45,377 nt of DNA from Anaerolineaceae bacterium. GTDB taxonomy: Bacteria > Chloroflexota > Anaerolineae > Anaerolineales > Anaerolineaceae. The notes below the pieces were generated by a model. That model was not told the DNA's origin. It ran no database searches and saw only the letters and a list, made by a program, of their open reading frames with translations. Positions within the stretch are counted from its first letter, which is position 1, and each line of letters starts with the position of its first letter. The stretch lies in the NCBI GenBank assembly GCA_034428855.1, contig DAOUGX010000001.1:1-45377 (forward strand), given 5' to 3'. The translations under genes and the position numbers were made by a program. This document shows, one piece after another, positions 1-10,675 of the stretch.

Positions 1-1
1 A

Positions 2-1144
2 GAACGTGATTATGAACGTGCAGCCCGAATGAAAGCAGATCGTCTGCGACTACAAACCGAATTTGATGAACAACGAGACAAGTGGGAAGCTGAACATCAA
101 CTGGATGAAGTTGTGGATATTGATGATATCGCTCAGGTTGTCGCTCAATGGACTGGGATTCCTGTCAATCAAATGATGGAAACGGAAGCAGAAAAATTAT
201 TGCACATGGAAGAGCGTTTGCATGAAAATATCATTGGGCAAGATGAAGCGGTCAAAGCCATTTCCGATGCAATTCGACGTGCACGATCTGGCTTAAAAGA
301 TCCTCGACGTCCCATTGGTTCGTTTATTTTTATCGGTCCATCCGGTGTTGGCAAAACAGAATTAGCAAAAGCTTTGGCTTCTTTCATGTTTGGTGATGAA
401 GAAGCACTTGTTCGATTGGATATGAGTGAATATCGAGAACAACACACTGCTTCCCGATTGTTTGGAGCCCCTCCTGGATATGTCGGGTATGAAGAAGGTG
501 GTCAGCTCACTGAAGCAGTACGCCGAAGACCCTACCGTGTCATATTATTTGATGAAATTGAAAAAGCTCACCCTGAAGTTTGGAACTCACTGCTTCAAAT
601 TCTGGATGACGGCCGCCTGACAGATGGTCAGGGTCATCTGGTTGATTTTCGTAACACCGTGCTCATTATGACATCAAATTTGGGAACCGAATTTGTCAAA
701 AAAGGTGGAACTTTAGGATTTCTATCCAGTGATAATGAAGAACGTGATGCCCATGAAAATATTGAAAAAGCATTGAAGAGCACCTTCCGGCCTGAATTTA
801 TCAACCGCATTGATGAGATAATCATGTTTTCACCGCTCACTGTTGATCAGGTAAAAGATATTGTTATTCTACAAATGAAAGAAATACAGGATCGATTAAA
901 AGAAAATGGTATCCAGGTTGAGTTGAGTGAATCTGCCAGGGATTGGTTGGCTAATGAAGGATACGACTCAATGTTTGGAGCCAGACCATTAAGGAGAGCT
1001 TTACAGAAATTTGTGGAAAGTCCTCTCTCGGTCAGTATTCTTGCTGGAGAATTTCACAATGGTGATGTAATTACAGTTGATCTCAATACTGAAACAAATA
1101 AATTAGAATTTATAAAGCAAGAATCAAAGAAAGAAAAAGAATAA
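2..1144 (+). CDS. clpC: ClpC/ClpB-type AAA+ chaperone ATPase, C-terminal part (5' end outside window)
   Basis: Frame is open to the window edge ([11 protein letters not shown]...). UVR-like linker followed by a second AAA+ module: Walker A GPSGVGKT, Walker [11 protein letters not shown], and GARPLRR in the small D2 domain. Confidence 0.9.
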   Translation, partial: ERDYERAARMKADRLRLQTEFDEQRDKWEAEHQLDEVVDIDDIAQVVAQWTGIPVNQMMETEAEKLLHMEERLHENIIGQDEAVKAISDAIRRARSGLKDPRRPIGSFIFIGPSGVGKTELAKALASFMFGDEEALVRLDMSEYREQHTASRLFGAPPGYVGYEEGGQLTEAVRRRPYRVILFDEIEKAHPEVWNSLLQILDDGRLTDGQGHLVDFRNTVLIMTSNLGTEFVKKGGTLGFLSSDNEERDAHENIEKALKSTFRPEFINRIDEIIMFSPLTVDQVKDIVILQMKEIQDRLKENGIQVELSESARDWLANEGYDSMFGARPLRRALQKFVESPLSVSILAGEFHNGDVITVDLNTETNKLEFIKQESKKEKE

Positions 1145-1162
1145 TATAAATAGTTATCGATC

Positions 1163-1198
1163 AAATCCAGATTTGGAAACCGAGTCTGGATTTTTTTT
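1163..1198 (+). terminator. Rho-independent terminator after clpC
   Basis: 9-bp stem AAATCCAGA/TCTGGATTT with a 13-nt loop, followed by a T-run (tttttttt). Confidence 0.75.
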
Positions 1199-1264
1199 AT
1201 TTAAAAGATCCTCATCTGATGATAAAATACCTGAAACCTGAAAGAATTAGAACAATTGACATGT

Positions 1265-1293
1265 TTGACAGGCTTTCGCCCTATCGTTATACT
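1265..1293 (+). promoter_or_regulatory. Sigma70-like promoter upstream of gmd
   Basis: TTGACA (1265-1270), exactly 17-nt spacer, TATACT (1288-1293). Sits about 55 nt upstream of the gmd start. Confidence 0.5.
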
Positions 1294-1349
1294 TGATTCC
1301 AATTGAGATATCAGAAAATTAATCGACTTTCGGGGATTTGGAGGTTTTT

Positions 1350-2420
1350 TTGAAAAAAGCACTTATAACAGGAATAACCGGGCAGGATGGTTCATATCTG
1401 GCTGAATTACTGCTTGCCAAAGGATATGAAGTTCACGGCCTTATTCGAAGGGCCAGTACTTTTAACACAAGACGTATTGACCACATTTACCACGACCCCC
1501 ATAATGCTGGTAATGATGTTAAATTAATATTGCATTATGGCGATGTCTCACAATCCGAAGCCTTACTGGATGTCATTTATAATGTTCGTCCTGACGAAAT
1601 CTATAATTTAGCAGCTCAAAGCCATGTGCGTGTAAGTTTCGATATGCCAGAATATACCGGGGATGTAACTGGTTTAGGCACCATTCGTATTTTAGAGGCC
1701 ATTCGGAAGAGTGGTGTCAAAACTAGATTTTATCAAGCATCCTCGAGTGAATTGTATGGCTCTTCCAAACCACCTCAAAATGAGGAAACCCCTTTCCGCC
1801 CACAAAGCCCTTACGCAGCAGCCAAACTTTATTCCTATTGGGTAACCAAACAATATCGGGATGGGTATGGGATATTTGCAAGCAATGGCATCCTCTTTAA
1901 TCATGAATCACCGCGAAGAGGCGAGACGTTTGTCACGAGAAAAATTACTCGTGCATTGGCAAATATTGTTAAAGGTACACAAAAACATCTTTACCTGGGA
2001 AATTTGGACGCCAAACGTGACTGGGGATATGCGCCTGATTATGTAGCAGCCATGTGGAAAATGATGCAACATGATGAAGCTGGTGATTTTGTTATTGGAA
2101 CTGGGGAAGCTCACTCTGTACGAGAATTTCTGGATGAGGCTTTCGGTTATCTCAATCTTGATTGGCATGAGTATGTGAGAATTGATTCTCGTTACTTCAG
2201 GCCTAACGAAGTTGATTATCTATTAGCAGATCCTTCAAAAGCGATTCGGGAAATTGGCTGGACTCCTCGTGTTTCCTTTAAAGAATTGGTGCGGATCATG
2301 GTTGATGCTGATTTAGAACTATTGGAACTCGAATCTCCTGGTGAAGGTAAATCTCTTCTGGAAAAACATCATGGACGCTGGCATAGGTGGGATAGCCAGG
2401 TCGTAAGTATGGATCGATAA
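1350..2420 (+). CDS. gmd: GDP-mannose 4,6-dehydratase
   Basis: [27 protein letters not shown] Rossmann motif, YAAAKLY catalytic Tyr-x3-Lys, NHESPRRG. The track ORF starts at TTG 1338. TTG 1350 is preferred because GGAGG (1339-1343) lies 6 nt upstream of it. Confidence 0.93.
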   Translation: MKKALITGITGQDGSYLAELLLAKGYEVHGLIRRASTFNTRRIDHIYHDPHNAGNDVKLILHYGDVSQSEALLDVIYNVRPDEIYNLAAQSHVRVSFDMPEYTGDVTGLGTIRILEAIRKSGVKTRFYQASSSELYGSSKPPQNEETPFRPQSPYAAAKLYSYWVTKQYRDGYGIFASNGILFNHESPRRGETFVTRKITRALANIVKGTQKHLYLGNLDAKRDWGYAPDYVAAMWKMMQHDEAGDFVIGTGEAHSVREFLDEAFGYLNLDWHEYVRIDSRYFRPNEVDYLLADPSKAIREIGWTPRVSFKELVRIMVDADLELLELESPGEGKSLLEKHHGRWHRWDSQVVSMDR

Positions 2421-2421
2421 T

Positions 2422-2904
2422 ATGCAAAGTGAGAGATCCATTCTATTCGTTTGCACAGCCAATCAATGCCGTTCTCCAATGGCTGAAGCAATCATGAAGG
2501 ATTATTTTCATAAAATGGATCTCCCCATCAATTTGATTGTACAGTCTGCTGGAACCTGGGCGGAAAATGGTCGTCCTGCCACTTCATTTGGAGTCAAAGC
2601 CATGTCTCACCGTGGATTGGATACCAGCAATCACCGGTCACAGGCTATCACCCAGGGATTATTGGAGAAATTTGATTTAGTCTTAACAATGGAATCGGGA
2701 CATAAAGAAGCTCTCCAACTAGAATTTCCAGATTTTTCGGATAAGATTTTCATGTTATCAGAAATGACAGGAATGAAAGTCAATATTGATGACCCGATTG
2801 GCGGATCTTTTGATGATTACCTCGAAACAGCCAACGTAATCGAAAATTGGATACGACTCGGTCTCCCACAAATGCTTCAGATTCTCAAGGTGCCAATAAA
2901 TTAG
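2422..2904 (+). CDS. Low-molecular-weight protein-tyrosine phosphatase / ArsC-fold phosphatase
   Basis: P-loop CTANQCRS (C-x5-R-S) near the N-terminus and a DP acid motif (IDDPIGG). The start is 1 nt after the gmd stop (TAATATG). Confidence 0.85.
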   Translation: MQSERSILFVCTANQCRSPMAEAIMKDYFHKMDLPINLIVQSAGTWAENGRPATSFGVKAMSHRGLDTSNHRSQAITQGLLEKFDLVLTMESGHKEALQLEFPDFSDKIFMLSEMTGMKVNIDDPIGGSFDDYLETANVIENWIRLGLPQMLQILKVPIN

Positions 2905-2940
2905 TGATATTTAATTTCTCTCAAATATAAGTGAGGAACA

Positions 2941-3261
2941 ATGGGGAAAGATATAAAAGCATTAACTCAGGATATGAATGAATTTGTTTCTTCAAAAGGC
3001 TGGTATTTACCGGATAGCAATCGACCTCAAACCCCAAGAAATATCGCTATTTCGTTGGTACTGGAGGCTAGCGAAGTTTTGGAACATTTTCAATGGGGTG
3101 AAAATAATTACGAAAAGCAAAATTTAGAGGACGAGGTTGCCGACGTTGCTCTTTACCTATTTCAACTTTGTCATATTTCTGGTATCAACCTTGAGAATGC
3201 AATTCAGGAAAAGCTGAAGCGAAATTATGAACGTCAATGGGATCAAAATACGGTAAAATAG
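2941..3261 (+). CDS. Small MazG-like nucleotide pyrophosphohydrolase
   Basis: About 105-aa all-helical protein with E-x2-E (LEASEVLEHF) and E-x2-D (DEVADVALY) metal-binding motifs typical of the MazG/all-alpha NTP-PPase family. GAGGA RBS present. Confidence 0.75.
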   Translation: MGKDIKALTQDMNEFVSSKGWYLPDSNRPQTPRNIAISLVLEASEVLEHFQWGENNYEKQNLEDEVADVALYLFQLCHISGINLENAIQEKLKRNYERQWDQNTVK

Positions 3262-3282
3262 CACTTATTCAAAAGGATAAGT

Positions 3283-3816
3283 ATGAAAATAACAGTTTTT
3301 GGTGGATCAGCACCTCTTCCGGACAGCCAGGAATATCAGTTTGCTTATAATCTTGGTAAAGCATTGGCAGATGCTGGTCATACTGTTCTAACTGGCGGTT
3401 ATATGGGTACAATGGAAGCAACCTCCCGAGGAGCTTCAGACGCCGGTGGACATGTTATCGGTGTCACCTGCCTTGAAATTGAGCGTTGGCGCAACCGATC
3501 CCATAATCCATGGGTAAAAGAAGAGTGGAAAATGGACACCCTCCACGAAAGAATGATTCGATTAATTGACTCTTGTGACTCTGCAATTGCTCTCCCTGGA
3601 GGGCCTGGAACCCTGGCAGAAATCGGTCTCATGTGGAACAGAATTCAAATTGAATCAATTCCCTCAGTTCCGATAATTTTAGTAGGAGAGCAATGGAAAA
3701 AAATATTCAAATTATTTTATCAGGAACTCAACGGATATATACCACCTGCGAGTTTTGATACGATAAAATTCGCTGTTACACTTAATGAAATTATGTCTCA
3801 TTTAGAACAAGATTAA
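3283..3816 (+). CDS. LOG / TIGR00725-type Rossmann-fold nucleotide-binding protein (lysine-decarboxylase-like family)
   Basis: VFGGS N-terminus, GGYMGTMEA, and the PGGPGTLAE motif (PGGxGTxxE) characteristic of LOG-family proteins. Confidence 0.75.
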   Translation: MKITVFGGSAPLPDSQEYQFAYNLGKALADAGHTVLTGGYMGTMEATSRGASDAGGHVIGVTCLEIERWRNRSHNPWVKEEWKMDTLHERMIRLIDSCDSAIALPGGPGTLAEIGLMWNRIQIESIPSVPIILVGEQWKKIFKLFYQELNGYIPPASFDTIKFAVTLNEIMSHLEQD

Positions 3817-3849
3817 AACATCTCACAAAAACAATCAGGAAAGAAGTAA

Positions 3850-5286
<1,437 letters not shown>

Positions 5287-5318
5287 TGAGTGTTTTCTGA
5301 AATTGAATAAATATAAGA

Positions 5319-6134
5319 ATGCCAGCAATTCATATTGATCGTTTAGTTCAGCAAATACAAATCGTTTTTAATCCACAATTGCCTGGCTTAATGTTTCGTG
5401 AGAATTTTAAGTCGCTCTTAGAAGTTCATGCAAATTTAGCTTATAGGGCAGGGATTGATGTTCAAAGGAAGTCTTTAACCCCAAAACTTCAACTGGCACC
5501 AATTGTGACTCATCACATCACTCAACAATTTTCAAACCTGATTAAAACCAACCCATTACTGGCACTCGAATATGCAGACCATATATGGATGGTTGAGATT
5601 TATGAAACTAAATATTTTGCTGCATTGGTATTGGGATTACTCCCATCGGACTATTTTCATTTAGTCATAGACCGATTTGTTTCCTGGGGATCGAAAACTT
5701 CAGATAAAGAAATTCATCAGATTCTATTCAAAAATGGATCTCTGAATATTCGAAAATCGAAGGGAAATTTGTGGCTTGAAACCATTAGTAACTGGATTGA
5801 TTCAACTGAATCATCAAAAACAATAACAGCCGTCTATGCCTTACAATCACAGGTGAATGATCCCGATTTCATTAATTTACCAAAAGTTTTTAAGATTATC
5901 ACACCAATATTTTCAATAAATAACCGTAAGATTACGAGTGGGCTAACATCGCTTGTTGATGATCTGGCAAAAGTTAATCCCGTAGAAACAAGCCATTTTC
6001 TCAGTAGTCTACTGTTAGGTTCTTCCCATTCATCTGCCAAACTGATAACCAGAAAATGTTTACAAACTTTTCCAATGAGCGAGCAAAAAAAATTACGAAT
6101 AGTTTTATCGAATATTAAAGATGATGAAAATTAA
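5319..6134 (+). CDS. Hypothetical protein, predicted all-helical (HEAT/ARM-like?)
   Basis: 271-aa ORF co-directional with and 32 nt downstream of proS. I recognise no family motif. The helical-repeat impression comes only from composition. Confidence 0.5.
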   Translation: MPAIHIDRLVQQIQIVFNPQLPGLMFRENFKSLLEVHANLAYRAGIDVQRKSLTPKLQLAPIVTHHITQQFSNLIKTNPLLALEYADHIWMVEIYETKYFAALVLGLLPSDYFHLVIDRFVSWGSKTSDKEIHQILFKNGSLNIRKSKGNLWLETISNWIDSTESSKTITAVYALQSQVNDPDFINLPKVFKIITPIFSINNRKITSGLTSLVDDLAKVNPVETSHFLSSLLLGSSHSSAKLITRKCLQTFPMSEQKKLRIVLSNIKDDEN

Positions 6135-6177
6135 TAAAGAATTCTTTTGACTCCTTTTTCAGGCAATTCATTTTCCC

Positions 6178-6206
6178 TGTACGCTGGCTCTAATTTTTGA
6201 TATAAT
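6178..6206 (+). promoter_or_regulatory. Candidate extended -10 promoter for rpsO
   Basis: TGATATAAT (6198-6206) is an extended -10. The -35 is weak (TGTACG at 17-nt spacing). An ~80-nt leader follows, containing competing short helices (CAGATT/AATCTG, CTGG/CCAG). Confidence 0.35.
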
Positions 6207-6287
6207 TCAGATTAGTGACTGGTCCTTCAACTGGAGAAATCTGGTTGCCAGGAGACCTGCATAAAAAAATTTTAAGGAGCATATGTC

Positions 6288-6560
6288 ATGTCTTTAACAG
6301 TAGAAGAAAAAACCGCGATAATCGACCAATACGCACGCCATGAAGGCGACACCGGGTCACCAGAAGTTCAGATTGCTGTATTATCAACTCGTATTAGCCA
6401 GTTAACTGAGCATTTACGATCACACAAACATGATGAATCTTCACGACGAGGTTTGTTAAAATTGGTCGGCAAAAGACGTCGTTTATTAGCTTATCTTCGT
6501 GCCAGTGATTATGGCAGATTCAACGCTTTAGTTGAGAAGTTAAACCTGCGCGCAAAATAA
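6288..6560 (+). CDS. rpsO: 30S ribosomal protein S15
   Basis: 90 aa with [49 protein letters not shown] 8 nt upstream. Confidence 0.97.
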   Translation: MSLTVEEKTAIIDQYARHEGDTGSPEVQIAVLSTRISQLTEHLRSHKHDESSRRGLLKLVGKRRRLLAYLRASDYGRFNALVEKLNLRAK

Positions 6561-6573
6561 GCATGTCGCGAGA

Positions 6574-6609
6574 ATGGGAAGGCAATAATAATTGCTTTCC
6601 CATTTTATT
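6574..6609 (+). terminator. Rho-independent terminator/attenuator between rpsO and pnp
   Basis: 13-bp stem ATGGGAAGGCAAT / ATTGCTTTCCCAT (one G-U pair), AATA loop, followed by TTTATT. Confidence 0.7.
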
Positions 6610-6712
6610 GAACCACTCGCTGGTTGGGTATTGAAACCTGTTCAGAACGTTTGGAGTTCTGGATAATTTTCAGTTCCTAACTAAGCGGGGCATTTTAATT
6701 AAGAGGGAAAAT

Positions 6713-8980
6713 ATGAAACCCGAAAGTAAATCTTTTAGCGTCCCCATGGGGGAAAACATAATAACAATTGAAACTGGAAAGCTTGCTCAACAAGCTGGTG
6801 GAGCAGTAACGGTCACTTGTGGAGAAACAATGATTTTTGCTGCAGCAACAATGGACAAACAACCAAAAGAAAGTACCGATTTCTTTCCTTTGACCATTGA
6901 TTATGAAGAAAGAATGTATGCTGGTGGAAAAATACCAGGTTCCTTCTTTAGGCGGGAAGGAAGACCAAGCACAGATGCCATTCTGTTAGCCAGATTAGCA
7001 GACCGACCCATTCGACCTTTGTTTTCGAAAGACATGCGAAACCCGGTGCAAATCATCATGGTTTCTTTTTCGGCCGATGGAGTGAATCCGATTGATATCC
7101 TGGGAATCATCGCATCGTCTGCAGCATTAACCATCTCAGATATTCCCTGGAGTGGTCCCATAGGTGCCGTCCGAATCGGTCGTATTGATGGAAAATTTAT
7201 CGTCAACCCTAGCTATCAACAAATGGAAGAATCCGATCTCGACCTGCGGGTTGCTGGAACGAAAGAAGCCATTTCAATGGTGGAATGTGGAGCAAATGAA
7301 ATTCCAGATGATATCATGGTCAATGCTCTGGCTTTTGCACATGAATCAATTCAACCGATTATCGACTTACAATTGAAAATGGCTGCTGAAATTGGTAAAC
7401 CAAAAACAGTGGTCCCATTATTCCCGGCTGATGAGAGTCTGGTCAGTCAGGTGGAAGCTCGTGTAGGATCCGAAATCGAGAATGCGCTCGCTACCCCACA
7501 CACAAAAGCAGAATTGAACAATGCAATTGATGCATTGAAAGCAAAAATGATCGAAGAATTTGCCACTGAAGATGCAACTTTAGCACCTGCTGTTGCTGAA
7601 GCTTTTGAAGTTAGCTACAAACATGTGGTTAGAAATAGAATTTTAAACCAGGGAATACGTCCGGATGGAAGAACCACCGAAGAAATCCGCCCGATCTGGT
7701 GTGAAGTGGGTTATAGTCCCAGAGCTCATGGTTCTGCCATTTTCACTCGTGGTGAAACACAGGCACTGACTCTGGCAACACTCGGTACTCCAAGAGAAGC
7801 TCAGGAAATGGACTCATTGACCCCAATGGAAAATAAACGCTATATGCATCACTACAATTTTCCCCCTTATTCCACCGGTGAGGTCAAACCATTGCGTGGC
7901 CAATCACGACGGGAAATTGGTCATGGAGCCTTAGCAGAACGTGCTTTAGTACCGGTAATTCCTGAAGAATCTGATTTCCCTTACACAATTCGACTGGTAA
8001 GTGAGATTCTGGCATCCAATGGTTCCAGTTCAATGGCATCAGTTTGTGGTTCAACCCTCGCATTGATGGATACAGGTGTACCGATCAAAGCTCCTGTAGC
8101 AGGTGTCGCGATGGGTTTGATCAAAGAAGCAGACCAATTCGCTGTTCTCACCGATATTCAAGGGTTAGAGGATCATCTTGGGGATATGGATTTCAAGGTT
8201 GCAGGAACCAATTCTGGTATCACAGCACTACAAATGGACATAAAAATTGCTGGAATCACCCCTGAAATCATGCGGAAAGCTCTTAAACAAGCATATGATG
8301 CCAGACTAAAAATTCTGGATAAGATGCTCGAAGTAATTCCTGTTCCGAATACCACATTAAAACCACATGCACCCAAAATTACCATTGTCAAAGTTCCTGT
8401 GGATAAAATTGGTGCTATCATCGGACCTGGTGGCAAGAATATTCGTGCCTTACAGGAAGAAACAAACACCAAAATTGATATTGGAGAAGATGGTAGTGTC
8501 TTCATTGCAGCATCTGAAGGGTATGGAGCTGATATCGCTCGCGAAAGAATCGAAGCACTGATTGAAACACCACAAATCGGTAGAATTTATACCGGTAAAG
8601 TAGTTCGAACCGTTGATTTTGGTGCATTCGTGGAAATTATTCCAGGCACCGATGGAATGGTCCACATTTCTCAGTTGGACACCGAACGGGTGAATTCAGT
8701 CGAGGATGTCGTCAGTGTTGGAGATGAAATTACTGTCATGATCACTGATATCGATTCGAATGGAAAAATCCGCCTATCCCGCCAGGCTGTACTGGAAGGG
8801 TGGTCAGTTGAAGAAGCAAAAGAACATGATCGCGGTGGTTCAAAATCATCCGGTGGCCGATCCGGCGGACAAAATCGAGGTGGGGATCGCGGTGATCGCG
8901 GTGATCGTGGCAATCGTGGAGATCGTAACGGCAACCGCGATAATCGCTCTGGCAATCGTGGCGGTCAAAACCGGTATTAG
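6713..8980 (+). CDS. pnp: Polynucleotide phosphorylase with a C-terminal Arg/Gly-rich tail
   Basis: Two RNase PH domains (RREGRPS..., GHGALAERAL), KH (GAIIGPGGKNIR) and S1 (GKVVRTVDFGAFVEI) domains. rpsO-pnp synteny. An extra ~50-aa RG tail follows. Confidence 0.96.
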   Translation: MKPESKSFSVPMGENIITIETGKLAQQAGGAVTVTCGETMIFAAATMDKQPKESTDFFPLTIDYEERMYAGGKIPGSFFRREGRPSTDAILLARLADRPIRPLFSKDMRNPVQIIMVSFSADGVNPIDILGIIASSAALTISDIPWSGPIGAVRIGRIDGKFIVNPSYQQMEESDLDLRVAGTKEAISMVECGANEIPDDIMVNALAFAHESIQPIIDLQLKMAAEIGKPKTVVPLFPADESLVSQVEARVGSEIENALATPHTKAELNNAIDALKAKMIEEFATEDATLAPAVAEAFEVSYKHVVRNRILNQGIRPDGRTTEEIRPIWCEVGYSPRAHGSAIFTRGETQALTLATLGTPREAQEMDSLTPMENKRYMHHYNFPPYSTGEVKPLRGQSRREIGHGALAERALVPVIPEESDFPYTIRLVSEILASNGSSSMASVCGSTLALMDTGVPIKAPVAGVAMGLIKEADQFAVLTDIQGLEDHLGDMDFKVAGTNSGITALQMDIKIAGITPEIMRKALKQAYDARLKILDKMLEVIPVPNTTLKPHAPKITIVKVPVDKIGAIIGPGGKNIRALQEETNTKIDIGEDGSVFIAASEGYGADIARERIEALIETPQIGRIYTGKVVRTVDFGAFVEIIPGTDGMVHISQLDTERVNSVEDVVSVGDEITVMITDIDSNGKIRLSRQAVLEGWSVEEAKEHDRGGSKSSGGRSGGQNRGGDRGDRGDRGNRGDRNGNRDNRSGNRGGQNRY
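8882..8959 (+). repeat. Imperfect 9-bp in-frame tandem repeat (GGN GAT/AAT CGN) encoding (G-D/N-R)n
   Basis: Five consecutive units at 8882-8926 (ggggatcgc ggtgatcgc ggtgatcgt ggcaatcgt ggagatcgt), then degenerate copies to 8959. Translates to GDRGDRGDRGNRGDRNGNRDNRSGNR. Confidence 0.85.
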
Positions 8981-8998
8981 AATCAATAAAATTAAATT

Positions 8999-9035
8999 AA
9001 AAAAGCAGTCCAAATTGATTATGGACTGCTTTTTT
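8999..9035. terminator. Bidirectional terminator between convergent pnp and murE
   Basis: Stem GCAGTCCA / TGGACTGC flanked by an A-run on the left and a T-run on the right. Lies between the pnp stop (8980) and the murE stop (9037). Confidence 0.8.
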
Positions 9036-9036
9036 C

Positions 9037-10608
9037 TTATGAATCTCTGGTGGGTAAATAAGGCATCTCTGGCCCTGGCATATCAAGTAGTTTCGTAAGT
9101 GCGGCACGCATAGCGATTCGATCATCCCATAAATATTCGGTTTCTCCAAAACACATGGATTGCTCATGACCTTTTCCACATGATATTACTACATCACCCA
9201 CTTTTGCCATCTGAACACCTAGTTCGATGGCTCTCCCTCTATCCGGAACAATAAACAAATTTTCATTGAGAACTGCTCCTCGACTTTCAGCTGCAGATCG
9301 CATTTCAGCCAAAATAGCATCCAAAGATTCTGTTCGGGGATCTTCAGCCGTAATAATGGTGATATCCGCCAAAATTGCTGATTTTTCTGCCATCAACCTC
9401 CGTTTTTCACGATCTCGTAGACCAGCAGAACCAAAAATTGCGATAATTCTATTTTCAGTCATTTGCCTAACAGTCTTTATTGCATTTTCCAATGCATTCG
9501 GAGTGTGTGCAAAATCCACAATTGCTTGAAATGGTTGACCATAATCAATCTGCTCCATCCTTCCTGGTACAGATAACATATTTTCAACCCCTCTCGCTAC
9601 CAGATCTGGAGGAATATTTAAACCAAACAACCCAACTGACATGGCTGCCAATACATTAGAAATATTAAATTCTCCTGGTAAATGGCTATGGACACTCATT
9701 GAATTATCTTTTGTCCGGGCTATAAATTTGCTGCCATCTTTTTCCAGTTGAATATTTTCTGATCTAATATCAACTTCTTGGCTGGAAATTGAGTAATGAA
9801 TTTGAGGGACTTTGGTAATTTTCTGGAGATAATCGAAAGATTTATCGTCCTTGTTGATAATTGCTAATCGATTGGGAAAAAATGATTTTGTGGGTGTCTG
9901 ATGTAACAATTCAAACAAACGACCTTTCGCCTGCAAATAGGCAGCGTAAGAACCATGGTAATCCAGGTGTTCATGCGTAATATTCGTTACAACTGCTATA
10001 TCAAAATCACAACCAGTTACTCTATGCTGAGCCAATCCATGGGATGTCGCTTCCAAAACAACATGGGTCAATCCAGCTGCTTTCATTTTGGACAAATAAA
10101 ATTGAACAGCGGGTGCTTCTGGAGTCGTAACATGAAAGCCTGTATCCAGGATTTCATCTCCAATTTGAGCATTTACTGTGGAAATCATACCTACTTTGAA
10201 TCCAGCTGTCCTTAGAATTTGATAGATTAAATTTGAGGTCGTTGTTTTTCCATCGGTACCCGTTACCCCGATGAGAATGAATGATCGCGATGGATATTCA
10301 TAATAACTCGCCGATAAGTATCCCAGTGCTTCCTTTGAATTAGTAAATTGAAGGTATGGTATTTCATCATGTAACCATTTTTCGATCGGTTGAGAACCTA
10401 CAATTGCAACAGCTCCATTGGTAATTGCGGCTTCAATATAAGCATGGCCATCAACATTCCCCCCTTCTAAAGCGACAAACAAATAACCAGGTTTGATTTG
10501 GCGTGAATCATATTCAATCCCTTGAATTTCAATGTCTAATTGACTTGATGAAGATTTATAAGGAATAGGAAAATCATTTAATATTTTTTTGAGTGTTTGA
10601 GTTTGCAT
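9037..10608 (-). CDS. murE: UDP-N-acetylmuramoyl-L-alanyl-D-glutamate--diamino acid ligase (MurE)
   Basis: GVTGTDGKTTT P-loop, Mur ligase middle and C-terminal domains, and the FGSAGLRDREKRRLM carbamylated-Lys region. The specificity motif reads EDPR rather than DNPR. Confidence 0.93.
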   Translation of the reverse strand: MQTQTLKKILNDFPIPYKSSSSQLDIEIQGIEYDSRQIKPGYLFVALEGGNVDGHAYIEAAITNGAVAIVGSQPIEKWLHDEIPYLQFTNSKEALGYLSASYYEYPSRSFILIGVTGTDGKTTTSNLIYQILRTAGFKVGMISTVNAQIGDEILDTGFHVTTPEAPAVQFYLSKMKAAGLTHVVLEATSHGLAQHRVTGCDFDIAVVTNITHEHLDYHGSYAAYLQAKGRLFELLHQTPTKSFFPNRLAIINKDDKSFDYLQKITKVPQIHYSISSQEVDIRSENIQLEKDGSKFIARTKDNSMSVHSHLPGEFNISNVLAAMSVGLFGLNIPPDLVARGVENMLSVPGRMEQIDYGQPFQAIVDFAHTPNALENAIKTVRQMTENRIIAIFGSAGLRDREKRRLMAEKSAILADITIITAEDPRTESLDAILAEMRSAAESRGAVLNENLFIVPDRGRAIELGVQMAKVGDVVISCGKGHEQSMCFGETEYLWDDRIAMRAALTKLLDMPGPEMPYLPTRDS

Positions 10609-10619
10609 CGTTTATATTA

Positions 10620-10657
10620 TAAAAAAAGGTTGGAAGCAAGAAATTACCTCCAACCTT
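10620..10657 (-). terminator. Rho-independent terminator after the atp F0 cluster
   Basis: Minus-strand hairpin AAGGTTGGAGG...CTTCCAACCTT (one mismatch) followed by TTTTTTT. Sits 19 nt downstream of the b-delta stop. Confidence 0.8.
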
Positions 10658-10675
10658 CATTGGATTTTGACTTAA

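Noticed and set aside
8671-9098. ORFs 8671-8955 (minus) and 8760-9098 (plus) overlapping the pnp 3' end
   Set aside because: Both are alternative or antisense readings of the 9-bp GDR repeat (PRSPRSPRS..., IAVIAVIVAIV...). The plus-strand ORF runs straight through the bidirectional terminator. The pnp frame is continuous with the KH/S1 domains.
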